A DNA stretch of 63,951 bases, the filler included. It is 7 parts of 7 records of this genome, joined end to end, with 100 filler letters (N's around TTAATTAATTAA, not from the genome) between each part and the next. Parts side by side here need not be neighbours in the genome. Positions count along the whole stretch, not along the records: positions 19,205 to 32,759 come from SRR20825006_2300; positions 32,860 to 42,684 come from SRR20825006_2309; 5 more parts are not named here. One strand, given 5' to 3'. The translations under genes and the position numbers were made by a program. Shown here one piece after another: positions 30,256 through 40,294 of this stretch (positions within the stretch are counted from its first letter, which is position 1; every line of letters begins with the position of its first letter). The notes below the pieces were generated by a model. The model ran no database searches. It saw only the letters and a program-made list of their open reading frames with translations, and was not told the origin of the DNA.

Positions 30256-30761
30256 TGGGCCTGCGCCTTATCCTGATGCGACATGCAAAATCGAGCTGGG
30301 ATGATCCTCTGAGCGACGATTTTGATCGGGTGCTCAATGCCCGCGGCCAAAGCAACGCCGCCGCCATGGGGATTTGGTTGCGGGACAAAGCCTATCTACC
30401 CGATGAGGTATTGGTGTCTGCCGCCGCACGCACGCGTGAAACCTATGAATGGCTCTCCAACGGCATGGGTCTTTGCGCCAATGTCGAGGTCAAGGACACG
30501 CTCTATCTCGCCTCTGACAGGCGGATCATGTCCCATTTGAAACAGGCCGAGGGCAATACGGTTTTGCTGATCGCCCACAACCCCGGCGTTGGCGAGTTTG
30601 CCGCACGCTTTGCCAACAGAGCGCCGCGGCACAAAGACTTTGCGCGCTACCCGACCTGTGCCACCACAGTGTTTGACGTGGCTGCCCCGACGTGGTCGGA
30701 GATCGCATTTGGCGTGAATCCGGTTGTCGACTTTGTGGTGCCGCGCGATCTGGACGCGTAA
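30255..30761 (+). CDS. sixA: SixA-like histidine phosphatase
   Basis: LMRHAKS, SAAARTRET, IAHNPG. Confidence 0.85.
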   Translation: MGLRLILMRHAKSSWDDPLSDDFDRVLNARGQSNAAAMGIWLRDKAYLPDEVLVSAAARTRETYEWLSNGMGLCANVEVKDTLYLASDRRIMSHLKQAEGNTVLLIAHNPGVGEFAARFANRAPRHKDFARYPTCATTVFDVAAPTWSEIAFGVNPVVDFVVPRDLDA

Positions 30762-30875
30762 CTCTCCCCCTTCGCTTTTTGACAGATCATAACGACGAGG
30801 CCTCCGCGCTGCGCCGAGGGTTTGCATAACCTCAAACAATTCGCCCCATACAGATCGTGATCAAAATCTGCGGTG

Positions 30876-30893
30876 GCGTCATGCGCATGTTAC
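30876..30893 (+). promoter_or_regulatory. Candidate Pho box upstream of phn operon
   Basis: GCGTCAT-gcgc-ATGTTAC: two GTCAT/GTTAC half-sites at 11-nt period. Confidence 0.5.
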
Positions 30894-30938
30894 CAACACG
30901 GCGTAGTCCACATTCATCCGAATGAATGATGGTGGACA

Positions 30939-31655
30939 ATGATCACTCAGAAATGGCGGCGCATCTGTGACGCAATCGAACAAGACATCGCAAATGGCAC
31001 ATTGCAACCGGGGGACAGGCTTCCGACCGAACCCGAATTGGCGGCGCGATATGAGGCAGGACGCCATTCTGTGCGTCGTGCCATCGCTGAACTGGCACGC
31101 GAAGGCAGTGTCAGCGTCGAACAGGGGCGCGGCACCTTTGTTGAATCCGGCCCGATGCTTGAATATGCGATCGGAACGCGCACACGGTTGCACCGCAACC
31201 TGAACTCGCAAGGTGTCGAGGTGACAGGTGAATTGCTGGGCGCTGAAATAACCGCCGCCTCCGAACGGGTCGCGCGCGCACTCGGCCTGCTCCCCGGCGC
31301 TCCCGTGCAAAAAAGCCGCCGCATCACCTATGCTGACACGCTGCCGATCAACATGGGGACCGGCTATCGCTGCGCCAAACGCTTTCCCGATTTTGTCACC
31401 CGGCGTGATCTGATCGGCTCGGTGACCGAGACTTATAAATCCTACGGCATCACCGATTATTTGCGCGCCGAAACCACTTTACACAGCCGCCTTGCCCGCC
31501 CGGAAGAGGCCAAACTTTTACGTCAGCACCCGCAAACCCCGGTCATTGTCGTCCGCGCCATTGACCAATCTTTGGATGGTACGGCGCTGAGTTTCAGCGA
31601 AGTCATCTGGTCGGCGCTGCGCGTCAAATTCACCATGACAAACGAGAGGGACTAA
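30939..31655 (+). CDS. phnF: Phosphonate regulator, GntR/UTRA
   Basis: PGDRLPTEPELAARY, VEQGRGTFV, UTRA domain; precedes phnGHI. Confidence 0.88.
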   Translation: MITQKWRRICDAIEQDIANGTLQPGDRLPTEPELAARYEAGRHSVRRAIAELAREGSVSVEQGRGTFVESGPMLEYAIGTRTRLHRNLNSQGVEVTGELLGAEITAASERVARALGLLPGAPVQKSRRITYADTLPINMGTGYRCAKRFPDFVTRRDLIGSVTETYKSYGITDYLRAETTLHSRLARPEEAKLLRQHPQTPVIVVRAIDQSLDGTALSFSEVIWSALRVKFTMTNERD

Positions 31656-31659
31656 GGCG

Positions 31660-32079
31660 ATGACCCATCCGCATAACCTATGCCTCACCACATTGGCGCG
31701 CAGCGACGCCTGCGCGATCAAGACCTTTGGCGAGGAGCTGCTTGATCACCTTGATCCGGTCGAAGTGCTTTCAAGTCGAACCGGACTGGTCATGTTGCCG
31801 ATGCGCGACACAGCGCAGGGCACGGGGTTTCATCTTGGCGAGGTGCTTGTGAGCGAGGCGCATATCCGAATGGGGGCGCATGAAGGCTACGGCATGCGAC
31901 GGGGGCGCGATCTTGAGGCGGCCATGGCCATGGCACTTGTCGATCTGGCGCTGGACGCGGGCCGTGCGGTGGCGGACTGCACAGCTTTTGTCAGCGAGCA
32001 GGCAAAAATGCAGCAGGCGCAGGATCATGACACCCTGTGCCGGGTCGAAGCGACCCGCGTTGATATGGAGACGTTCTGA
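31660..32079 (+). CDS. phnG: C-P lyase subunit PhnG
   Basis: RTGLVM...FHLGEVLVSEA, EGYG, EATRVDMETF. Confidence 0.85.
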   Translation: MTHPHNLCLTTLARSDACAIKTFGEELLDHLDPVEVLSSRTGLVMLPMRDTAQGTGFHLGEVLVSEAHIRMGAHEGYGMRRGRDLEAAMAMALVDLALDAGRAVADCTAFVSEQAKMQQAQDHDTLCRVEATRVDMETF

Positions 32080-32615
32080 TGCGCACAGCCCCCACACCCT
32101 CGCGTGAGGAAACCCGCGCCAATGCCACATTCGAGGCCCTGATTTGGTCGATGAGCCGTCCCGGCCGCTTGCGCGATTTACCCGAGCGAGGCGAAGCCCA
32201 AATCATTGAGGCGCTGATCGACCGCGAATGTCATGTCTTCTGCGCCGACCCGCTTTTGATGCCCAAAGTGTTGGAAACCGGCGCGCGTATCGCAGCGCTG
32301 GCGGGCGCCGATCATGTGTTTCTGGGCATGCTCACCGATCTGGATGGCCTGAAATCCCTGTCGACCGGCTCCGACCTCTACCCCGACGGTGGGGCCAGTG
32401 TGGTGATCCGCGCGCGCCTTGGTGAAGGATCGCGTCTGCGTCTCACCGGGCCCGGGATTGAGACAGAGGAATGCGTTCATATCGGCGGGGTGCCGGACGG
32501 GTTTTGGTCCCTGCGCCGCGATCTCATCCAATACCCGATGGGGTTTGATGTGTTTTTCATCGACGGCGCGCGGGTTTTGGGCCTGCCACGGTCAACCAAA
32601 GTGGAGATGCTCTGA
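32079..32615 (+). CDS. phnH: C-P lyase subunit PhnH
   Basis: MSRPG, GSDLYPDGGA, LTGPGI, YPMGFD, GLPRST. Confidence 0.88.
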   Translation: MRTAPTPSREETRANATFEALIWSMSRPGRLRDLPERGEAQIIEALIDRECHVFCADPLLMPKVLETGARIAALAGADHVFLGMLTDLDGLKSLSTGSDLYPDGGASVVIRARLGEGSRLRLTGPGIETEECVHIGGVPDGFWSLRRDLIQYPMGFDVFFIDGARVLGLPRSTKVEML

Positions 32616-32759
32616 TGGCCTATGTGGCGACGCGCGGCGGAGAACAGGCGATTGAACAGGCGGAGCGGTTGTTTCGCGCCGAGATGGGCGAGATCACGCC
32701 CGAACGGGTGGCCGAGATCAAAACGGCCCTGCCCTATCTGATCGACCGGGTGATGGGCG
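32615..32759 (+). CDS. phnI: C-P lyase subunit PhnI (3'-truncated)
   Basis: MAYVATRGGEQAI...LIDRVMG. Confidence 0.85.
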
Positions 32760-32859
32760 NNNNNNNNNNNNNNNNNNNNNNNNNNNNNNNNNNNNNNNNN
32801 NNNTTAATTAATTAANNNNNNNNNNNNNNNNNNNNNNNNNNNNNNNNNNNNNNNNNNNN
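32760..32859. other. Artificial contig linker
   Basis: N-TTAATTAATTAA-N. Confidence 0.98.
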
Positions 32860-32860
32860 G

Positions 32861-33490
32861 TGTTTTGACAACTCAAACATTCAAGGAACCAATCCTGTTG
32901 CTGCTTGTGTGGTCTTTAAAGATGGGAAACCTAGCAAAAAAGATTATCGTAAGTTTAATATTAAAACTGTAACGGGAGCTAATGATTTTGCGTCTATGGA
33001 AGAGGTGGTTTTTAGAAGATACAGACGCTTGCTGAATGAAGATGAACCGTTGCCACAATTGATTATTGTAGATGGAGGAAAAGGCCAATTGTCGTCTGGA
33101 GTGAAAGCTTTAGAGACCTTAGGCTTACGCGGAAAGATCGCGATCATAGGGATAGCAAAACGCTTAGAAGAATTGTTTTATCCCGGAGATTCGATTCCGT
33201 TGTATTTAGATAAGAAGAGTGAAACGTTAAAAGTGATTCAGCAATTGCGTAATGAGGCGCATCGCTTTGGGATTACCTTTCATAGAAACAAACGCAGTAA
33301 AGCAGCAATTAATACCGAACTTGAAACTATTCCCGGAATTGGAGAAAAAACGGTGATAGAATTATTAAGACATTTTAGATCGGTAAGCAAAGTGAAAAAA
33401 GCTTCAGAAACCGCATTGAGCGAAGTTATAGGTCCGGCTAAAGCCAAGATCATCATTAAACATTATCAGCAAACCACAAATGAAAATTAA
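32861..33490 (+). CDS. uvrC: Excinuclease ABC subunit C (5'-truncated)
   Basis: CFDNSNIQG, DGGKGQ, IAKRLEE, RNEAHRFGI, HhH IPGIG. Confidence 0.95.
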   Translation, partial: CFDNSNIQGTNPVAACVVFKDGKPSKKDYRKFNIKTVTGANDFASMEEVVFRRYRRLLNEDEPLPQLIIVDGGKGQLSSGVKALETLGLRGKIAIIGIAKRLEELFYPGDSIPLYLDKKSETLKVIQQLRNEAHRFGITFHRNKRSKAAINTELETIPGIGEKTVIELLRHFRSVSKVKKASETALSEVIGPAKAKIIIKHYQQTTNEN

Positions 33491-35744
33491 TTACAGTCTA
33501 CTTTTATTAGTACTCGTGCATTGGGCAGTGATCGCTCAAGACAGTACGGCTGTAGATTTTTCAAAAATTCCGCAAGGTGAAGAATTAAAAGTTGGTCTTG
33601 TGCTGAGCGGCGGTGGCGCTAAGGGTTTGGCGCATATAGGCGTTTTAAAAGAAATTGAAGCCGCAGGTATTGAAATTGATTACATTGGTGGTACCAGTAT
33701 GGGTGCTATCATTGGTGGTTTATACGCCTCAGGCTATAACGCGCATCAGTTAGATTCTATTTTTGAGTCGGTTGATTTTGAAAAACTCATTCAGGATGAT
33801 TTGCCACGAAGTGCGCAGTCATTTTATGAGCGAGCAGATCGCGAGCGCTATGCGATTGCGCTTCCTTTTGAGCATTTTAAAGTCTCTTTTCCTTCGGCTT
33901 TATCTAAAGGTCAAAATATTTATAACCTGTTTACCCAACTCACACATCACGTAAAGGAAACCGATGATTTTGCATCGCTTGACATTCCGTTTTTTTGTGT
34001 TGCTACCGATGCCGAAAAAGGCCAGGCGATCATTCTAGATAAAGGCTGTTTGCCAGAAGCGATAACCGCTAGTGGGGCGCTTCCATCGTTATTCAGTCCG
34101 GTGTTGCTTGATGATCGCGTGCTTATTGATGGTGGTGTGGTAAATAATTATCCGGTGGAAGAATTGCGCAAACGCGGGGCTAATTTTATCATCGGTGTTG
34201 ATGTACAAGATGGCTTACGTGGCAAGGACGAATTAAAAAGCGCACCTGAAATGCTGTTGCAGATCAATAACTATCGTACCATTGAAGCGATGCGGGATAA
34301 AGTCGCACAAACTGATATTTACATCAAACCCAATATTGAGGGTTACACGGTTGTTGATTTTGATCGCGGAGCGGAAATTATCAAAGGCGGTCAGGAAAAA
34401 GCCGAAGCTTATGATGATGCCTTTAGAAAGTTGGCAGCACTTCAGCATAAAACCTATAAAAAACCGGAGCTTAACCTCAATCAGCACGATACATTGCATA
34501 TTAAAAGCGTTGCGATCAACGGCAATGTGTACTATACCCGCTCGTATATTTTAGGAAAGCTAAAGATCAAAACGCCGGCAAAAATGACCTATCAAGAACT
34601 TTTTGATGGGATTAATAATCTCGCAGCGACTAACAATTTTCAGCGTATAAATCACCGGTTAGAACAATATGATTCTGGTGAAAGCCATCTGATCATTAAC
34701 CTTACTGAAAGTGAGACAACAACCTACGCAAAAGCGGGCATTCATTATGATGATATTTATAAAAGTGCGGCGCTGATCAATGTTACTAAAAAACGCTTGC
34801 TGTTTAAAAACGATATTGCTTCGTTTGATCTGGCTTTAGGAGATAATATTCGGTACAACTTTGATTATTATAGCGATAATGGATTTTATATTGGTTTTGG
34901 CCTGCGCTCCCGGTATAACAGTTTTGAAAGTCGCGTAGATGCCCGTTTTGTTGAGGAAGTGAGCGATCTGCCGCTGGAGAATTTCAACAGTTTACAAATT
35001 GATTATACAGATTTTACTAATCAAGTCTATTTGCAAACTTTGTTTCAGAAACAATTTGCTTTAAGTCTGGGGCTTGAGCATAAATTTCTTAAAATAGACA
35101 CCGAAAGTATTCGGGTTGATGAAGACAACGAGGGGAAGTTATACTTTGATAACAGTCATTATTATAGTACTTACGGCCAACTTCTGCTTGATACATTTGA
35201 TAATAAATACTTTCCTACTTCGGGATGGTATTTTAATGGAGATTTTCATTTGTATATTTTCTCCTCTGATTATAATGAGAATTTTGAAGAGTTTTCTATT
35301 GGCAAAGCCGAAGTAAAATATGCTAAAAAGTTGTTTCCTAAATTCTCTATGCAGCTTTCGGCTATGGGCGGATTTAAAATTGGTGCGACCGGAAATGGTA
35401 CGCTTAACTTCGTTTTAGGCGGTTGGGGAAATGATTTTATCAATAACATCGTTCCGTTTTACGGTTACGAATTGATAAGCAGTAATGGCGACGGACTCGT
35501 AAAATCTGAAATTACGTTTGACTATAATTTTTACCGAAAGAATCACCTCAACTTTGGGGCAAACTTTGCCAATCTTGAGAACGATCTTTTTACTACCGGA
35601 AACTGGCTTAGCGCTCCTGACTTTACGGGATATTATGTGGGGTATGGTCTGGAAACTATTGTAGGGCCGTTACAAACTAAAATCTCGTATTCTCCAGAGA
35701 TCGAAGACGTATTCTGGAACTTCAGTTTAGGATTTTGGTTTTAA
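33480..35744 (+). CDS. Patatin-like phospholipase with POTRA and beta-barrel (PlpD / type Vd-like)
   Basis: Signal peptide, SGGGAKG, GTSMG, DGG, POTRA-like segment, C-terminal barrel ending FWF. Confidence 0.88.
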   Translation: MKINYSLLLLVLVHWAVIAQDSTAVDFSKIPQGEELKVGLVLSGGGAKGLAHIGVLKEIEAAGIEIDYIGGTSMGAIIGGLYASGYNAHQLDSIFESVDFEKLIQDDLPRSAQSFYERADRERYAIALPFEHFKVSFPSALSKGQNIYNLFTQLTHHVKETDDFASLDIPFFCVATDAEKGQAIILDKGCLPEAITASGALPSLFSPVLLDDRVLIDGGVVNNYPVEELRKRGANFIIGVDVQDGLRGKDELKSAPEMLLQINNYRTIEAMRDKVAQTDIYIKPNIEGYTVVDFDRGAEIIKGGQEKAEAYDDAFRKLAALQHKTYKKPELNLNQHDTLHIKSVAINGNVYYTRSYILGKLKIKTPAKMTYQELFDGINNLAATNNFQRINHRLEQYDSGESHLIINLTESETTTYAKAGIHYDDIYKSAALINVTKKRLLFKNDIASFDLALGDNIRYNFDYYSDNGFYIGFGLRSRYNSFESRVDARFVEEVSDLPLENFNSLQIDYTDFTNQVYLQTLFQKQFALSLGLEHKFLKIDTESIRVDEDNEGKLYFDNSHYYSTYGQLLLDTFDNKYFPTSGWYFNGDFHLYIFSSDYNENFEEFSIGKAEVKYAKKLFPKFSMQLSAMGGFKIGATGNGTLNFVLGGWGNDFINNIVPFYGYELISSNGDGLVKSEITFDYNFYRKNHLNFGANFANLENDLFTTGNWLSAPDFTGYYVGYGLETIVGPLQTKISYSPEIEDVFWNFSLGFWF

Positions 35745-35855
35745 GAAAATATTAGTCTGTTTAGCTGTGGATTTTACGATATTTGTGAAAAACTATATCG
35801 TTTTCGAAGAATGATTCAAAAGATGTAGTTTCTAGAACTTTAAAATTGAAACGCT

Positions 35856-37016
35856 ATGCCTTTCTATCATCAATTAGGTAAAATTCCTCATAAACGCCAT
35901 ACGCAGTTTAGAAAACCAGACGGGAGCTTGTACTATGAGCAGCTTTTTGGTACCATTGGTTTTGACGGAATGTACAGCAATATGTACCACGAGCAGCGGC
36001 CTACACAAGTAAAAGAAATCAAAGGCAGTAAAAGCGTCAAACCTAAGGTAGCTAAGGCCAATCATATTCAGTCGTATCGCTTTAGAGGTTTTGAGATCAA
36101 GCCCGAAGCTGATTATTTAGACAGCCGGAAACCGGTTTTAACCAACAGCGATTGCACGATTATTTTGGCTGCGCCAAAGAACAAAACGCAAGATTATTTT
36201 TATAAGAATAGCAATGCAGACGAACTGATTTTTGTGCATCGCGGCAGTGGTAAATTCCGTAGTCATCTGGGGAATCTTGATTTTAAATATGGCGATTATC
36301 TGTTGATTCCGCGGGGAACTATTTACAAATTAGATTTTGATACTGAAGATAACAGGCTCTTTATCGTTGAATCTAGAAGACCCATTTACACGCCGAAACG
36401 CTACCGAAACTGGTTTGGTCAATTGCTGGAGCACTCCCCATTTTGCGAGCGTGATCTGCGTAGACCCTACGAATTGGAAACTAACAACGAATCGGGTGAA
36501 TTTTTAATGAAAATCAAAAAGCAAGACGACCTTTTTGATATGGTGTATGCTTCGCATCCTTTTGATGTAGTTGGATATGATGGGTACAATTATCCTTATG
36601 CCTTCTCGATTCATGATTTTGAACCCATTACTGGGCGCGTGCATCAACCACCACCGGTACATCAAACTTTTGAGACTGATGCTTTTGTGGTGTGCAGCTT
36701 TTGTCCGCGTAAATACGATTATCATCCTCAGAGTATTCCGGCGCCATACAATCACAGCAACATCGACAGCGATGAGGTGTTGTACTACGTTGACGGTGAT
36801 TTTATGAGCCGAAATGATATTGAAGCCGGGCATATTTCGTTGCATCCGGCGGGTATCCCACATGGGCCGCATCCCGGAGCTACAGAGCGCAGTATCGGCA
36901 AAACAGAAACCGAAGAACTTGCGGTTATGGTAGATACATTTAAACCGCTGCAGATCTGTGAAGACGCGATGCCAATTGCAGATGAGACCTACTATAAATC
37001 GTGGCTAGAGCATTAA
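35856..37016 (+). CDS. hmgA: Homogentisate 1,2-dioxygenase (Bacteroidota type)
   Basis: PHKRHTQF, YNHSNIDSDEVLYY, HPAGIPHGPHPG; adjacent to hppD. Confidence 0.9.
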   Translation: MPFYHQLGKIPHKRHTQFRKPDGSLYYEQLFGTIGFDGMYSNMYHEQRPTQVKEIKGSKSVKPKVAKANHIQSYRFRGFEIKPEADYLDSRKPVLTNSDCTIILAAPKNKTQDYFYKNSNADELIFVHRGSGKFRSHLGNLDFKYGDYLLIPRGTIYKLDFDTEDNRLFIVESRRPIYTPKRYRNWFGQLLEHSPFCERDLRRPYELETNNESGEFLMKIKKQDDLFDMVYASHPFDVVGYDGYNYPYAFSIHDFEPITGRVHQPPPVHQTFETDAFVVCSFCPRKYDYHPQSIPAPYNHSNIDSDEVLYYVDGDFMSRNDIEAGHISLHPAGIPHGPHPGATERSIGKTETEELAVMVDTFKPLQICEDAMPIADETYYKSWLEH

Positions 37017-37035
37017 TTATTAAATGAGTATTAGA

Positions 37036-37122
37036 AGCTATTTCCTGCTTTCCGCTGTATCTTTTTAATGCTTTCGCCTTTAGGCTCAACCATTAAAAAG
37101 GATGCCGCTGCAATCAGGGCTA
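37036..37122 (+). ncRNA. Flavobacterial structured repeat RNA (Flavo-1-like)
   Basis: CCTGCTTTCCGCTGTATCTTTTTAATG...CATTAAAAAGGATGCCGCTGCAATCAGG; same core at 53610-53696. Family name from recall only. Confidence 0.6.
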
Positions 37123-37134
37123 AAACATAAAACA

Positions 37135-38295
37135 ATGAGTAAAGAATTGAAATCAGTCGATTACGGACTGGAAAAAATATTTGAAGGAGCGCAAGACTTT
37201 TTACCGCTTTTAGGAACCGATTATGTAGAATTCTATGTGGGCAATGCCAAGCAGGCAGCACACTTTTACAAGACGGCTTTTGGTTTTCAATCTTTCGCCT
37301 ACAGCGGTCTCGAGACCGGAAAAAAAGATCGCGTAAGCTATGTGCTCAAACAAGATAAAATCAGAATCGTTTTGACTTCTCCTTTAGGAAGTGCTTCGCC
37401 TATTAATGAGCATATAGTTAAGCACGGCGATGGGGTGAAAGTTGTTGCGCTTTGGGTAGAAGATGCGCAAAGTGCCTTTGAAGAAACCACAAAACGTGGC
37501 GCAAAACCTTTTATGGAACCTCAGGTAGAAACAGACGAGTACGGCGAAGTCGTGCGTAGCGGGATTTACACCTACGGAGAAACCGTACATATGTTTGTAG
37601 AGCGTAAAAACTATAATGGGCAGTTTTTGCCGGGCTTCCGCAAATGGGAGTCAGATTATAATCCGGAGCCTACCGGTTTAAAGTATATTGACCATATGGT
37701 GGGCAATGTTGGATGGGGCGAGATGAACACCTGGGTAAAATGGTATGAAGATGTGATGGGCTTTGTAAACTTCCTAACCTTTGACGATAAACAAATCACT
37801 ACCGAATATTCTGCTTTGATGAGTAAAGTGATGAGCAACGGTAACGGGCGAATAAAATTCCCGATTAATGAGCCGGCAGAAGGCATTAAAAAATCACAAA
37901 TAGAAGAATATTTGGATTTTTACGAAGGTCCGGGAGTGCAGCACTTGGCTGTTGCTACCGATGATATTGTAAAAACAGTAGCTGCTTTAAAAGCCCGCGG
38001 AGTAGAATTTCTTCCGCCGCCACCTCAGGCATATTATGATGATATTCCACGTCGTTTAGGTGCGCATATGGATACGATGAAAGAGGATTTGACCAAGCTT
38101 CAGGAGCTTTCAATTTTAGTAGATGCTGATGAAGAAGGCTATTTGCTTCAAATTTTCACCAAGCCACTTCAAGACCGGCCCACGCTGTTTTTTGAGATCA
38201 TTCAGCGTATGGGGGCAAAAGGTTTTGGTGCCGGTAACTTTAAAGCACTTTTTGAATCTATTGAGCGCGAACAGGCGCAGCGTGGTACGCTTTAG
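37135..38295 (+). CDS. hppD: 4-hydroxyphenylpyruvate dioxygenase
   Basis: IDHMVGNV, SQIEEYL, GVQHLA, LLQIFT, FEIIQR, GFGAGNF. Confidence 0.95.
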   Translation: MSKELKSVDYGLEKIFEGAQDFLPLLGTDYVEFYVGNAKQAAHFYKTAFGFQSFAYSGLETGKKDRVSYVLKQDKIRIVLTSPLGSASPINEHIVKHGDGVKVVALWVEDAQSAFEETTKRGAKPFMEPQVETDEYGEVVRSGIYTYGETVHMFVERKNYNGQFLPGFRKWESDYNPEPTGLKYIDHMVGNVGWGEMNTWVKWYEDVMGFVNFLTFDDKQITTEYSALMSKVMSNGNGRIKFPINEPAEGIKKSQIEEYLDFYEGPGVQHLAVATDDIVKTVAALKARGVEFLPPPPQAYYDDIPRRLGAHMDTMKEDLTKLQELSILVDADEEGYLLQIFTKPLQDRPTLFFEIIQRMGAKGFGAGNFKALFESIEREQAQRGTL

Positions 38296-38534
38296 TTTTC
38301 GATAATCAACAGGAAGAACCTTCTTCGGACAGAGCTGGAAAGCTTGCGTTGAGAACGAAATTCTCCATTTTAATGGCTATTGGGTTGGAATATTAAATCC
38401 TTTGGCTATGCCAATAAATTTTAAAAATCTCTGTTTGTATTCAAGCAGGGATTTTTAGCTTTTGCTACTTTTGGAACAACTCTTGTAAAAGCATGATATA
38501 CAACACCTTTGTTGTGCTTTAAACTAATGTCGCT

Positions 38535-39311
38535 ATGAAAAATAAATACTTAGTATTGTTGATGCTTTTAGTCTCAGGTTTGACCTATGCACAGGAAGCT
38601 GCTTTTCAAGATGGAGAATGGTTTCGGTTTAGGATCAGTTACAGCGGCTGGTGGAAAGCCGGGGAAGCAACTTTATCAGTAACTAACGAAACCCTTAAAG
38701 GAAAGCCTGTGTATCACGTAAAAGGGAAAGGCGTTACCACAGGAATGACCAAACTCTTTTTTGGGGTTGAGGATTATTACGAGACCTATATTGATAAAAA
38801 AACGACATTACCATATCGCTTTATCCGAAAGATTGATGAAGGTGGGCATACTAAAGATAAAATCATTGATTTTAATCAGCAATCTAATGTAGCCACCGTA
38901 AATGATAAGAAGCATAATGAGGTTAAAACTTTTCAGACTGAGCCCAATATTCACGATATGGTTTCGGCGTTCTATTATTTGCGCAACAGTATTGATTCAG
39001 AAAACTTGAAGGATGGTGATGAGACCGTGATCAACATGTTTTTTGATCAGGAAAATTTCAAATTCAAATTGAAGTTTTTAGGTCGGGAAGAGGTGAAGAC
39101 TAAATTTGGAAAAGTAAAGGCGCTAATCTTTAGACCTTATGTGCAAGCAGGTCGCGTTTTTAAAGAGAAAGAAAGTCTTACAGTTTGGATTAGCGACGAC
39201 CAAAATAAAATACCTTTGCAAATCAAAGCAGATTTGGCGGTGGGTTCTTTAAAAGCTGATATTGATGCTTATAAAGGGCTTAAGCACCCATTCTATATTA
39301 TACAAGATTAA
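38535..39311 (+). CDS. DUF3108-type secreted protein
   Basis: Signal peptide, GEWFRFRISY, DMVSAFYYLR, WISDDQNKIP. Confidence 0.75.
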   Translation: MKNKYLVLLMLLVSGLTYAQEAAFQDGEWFRFRISYSGWWKAGEATLSVTNETLKGKPVYHVKGKGVTTGMTKLFFGVEDYYETYIDKKTTLPYRFIRKIDEGGHTKDKIIDFNQQSNVATVNDKKHNEVKTFQTEPNIHDMVSAFYYLRNSIDSENLKDGDETVINMFFDQENFKFKLKFLGREEVKTKFGKVKALIFRPYVQAGRVFKEKESLTVWISDDQNKIPLQIKADLAVGSLKADIDAYKGLKHPFYIIQD

Positions 39312-40264
39312 TGACTTCAAAAAGCAGTCGAGAGACCCAAGAACAACTAGATGCGCTAAAGGACAAATTTGATGCAATGGGGCAAAACCTGGATCATCAG
39401 CTAGAAGGATTTGTACATAGCAAACCGGTAAATTATTGGGATTACATTCAGGTTGATACGCTGCTAAGTCTTCAAAATCAACGCACGTTACTGCCTGATG
39501 AGATGGTGTTTATTATGTACCATCAAATCAACGAACTGCTTTTTAAAATGATTCTGTGGGAAATAGAACAGGTGGCGTATGAACCTGAATTAACCACGGA
39601 GTTCTTTTCTGAAAAATTAAATCGCATCAGCAGGTATTTTGATATGCTCACCTCTTCATTCACCATTATGCGAGAGGGTATGAATATGGAGCAGTACCTT
39701 AAATTCAGACGAACCTTGAGTCCGGCTAGTGGTTTTCAGAGTGCTCAGTACCGGTTTGTAGAATTTGGCTCAACCGAACTTTTAAATCTTATTGATGCGC
39801 GCTTCCGGAAGGATTTTGCTCAAGAAGATGAGGCAGACCTATTGTATTATGACAAGGCTGTAGAGCATTTGTATTGGCAAGCAGCCGGTAAAGATTTTCA
39901 GACCGGAGATAAATCCTATACGTTAAAAGCATTTGAATTAAAATATAAGGAAGATTTCATTCGTTTTCTAAAACGTTACAAAACCTTAAATTTGTGGGCC
40001 AGATTTAAAACCTTACCTCTTTCTGATCAAAAGGATGCAACATTGCTTGCTGCAATGCGTCACTACGATTATACGGTTAATATCACGTGGGTAATGTCAC
40101 ATTACCATACGGCGTTGCATTATCTAAACCAAGGTAAAGAGCCTCTAGAGGCCACAGGAGGAAGTGATTGGGTAAAATATATGCATCCCAAATATCAAAA
40201 ACGCATTTTTTTCCCAGACTTATGGTCGGAGCAAGAGCGTGCAGAATGGGGCCAAAACATTTAA
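39311..40264 (+). CDS. Tryptophan 2,3-dioxygenase family protein
   Basis: YWDYIQVDTLLSLQ, DEMVFIMYHQINEL, PASGFQSAQYR, ATGGS. Confidence 0.88.
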   Translation: MTSKSSRETQEQLDALKDKFDAMGQNLDHQLEGFVHSKPVNYWDYIQVDTLLSLQNQRTLLPDEMVFIMYHQINELLFKMILWEIEQVAYEPELTTEFFSEKLNRISRYFDMLTSSFTIMREGMNMEQYLKFRRTLSPASGFQSAQYRFVEFGSTELLNLIDARFRKDFAQEDEADLLYYDKAVEHLYWQAAGKDFQTGDKSYTLKAFELKYKEDFIRFLKRYKTLNLWARFKTLPLSDQKDATLLAAMRHYDYTVNITWVMSHYHTALHYLNQGKEPLEATGGSDWVKYMHPKYQKRIFFPDLWSEQERAEWGQNI

Positions 40265-40294
40265 ACAAAAGATAAATTTTCAACATACCCTAAA

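Noticed and set aside
35856-40264. hmgA-hppD-TDO cluster as a novel pigment pathway
   Set aside because: Standard aromatic amino acid catabolism; this synteny is typical of Flavobacteriaceae as I recall it.
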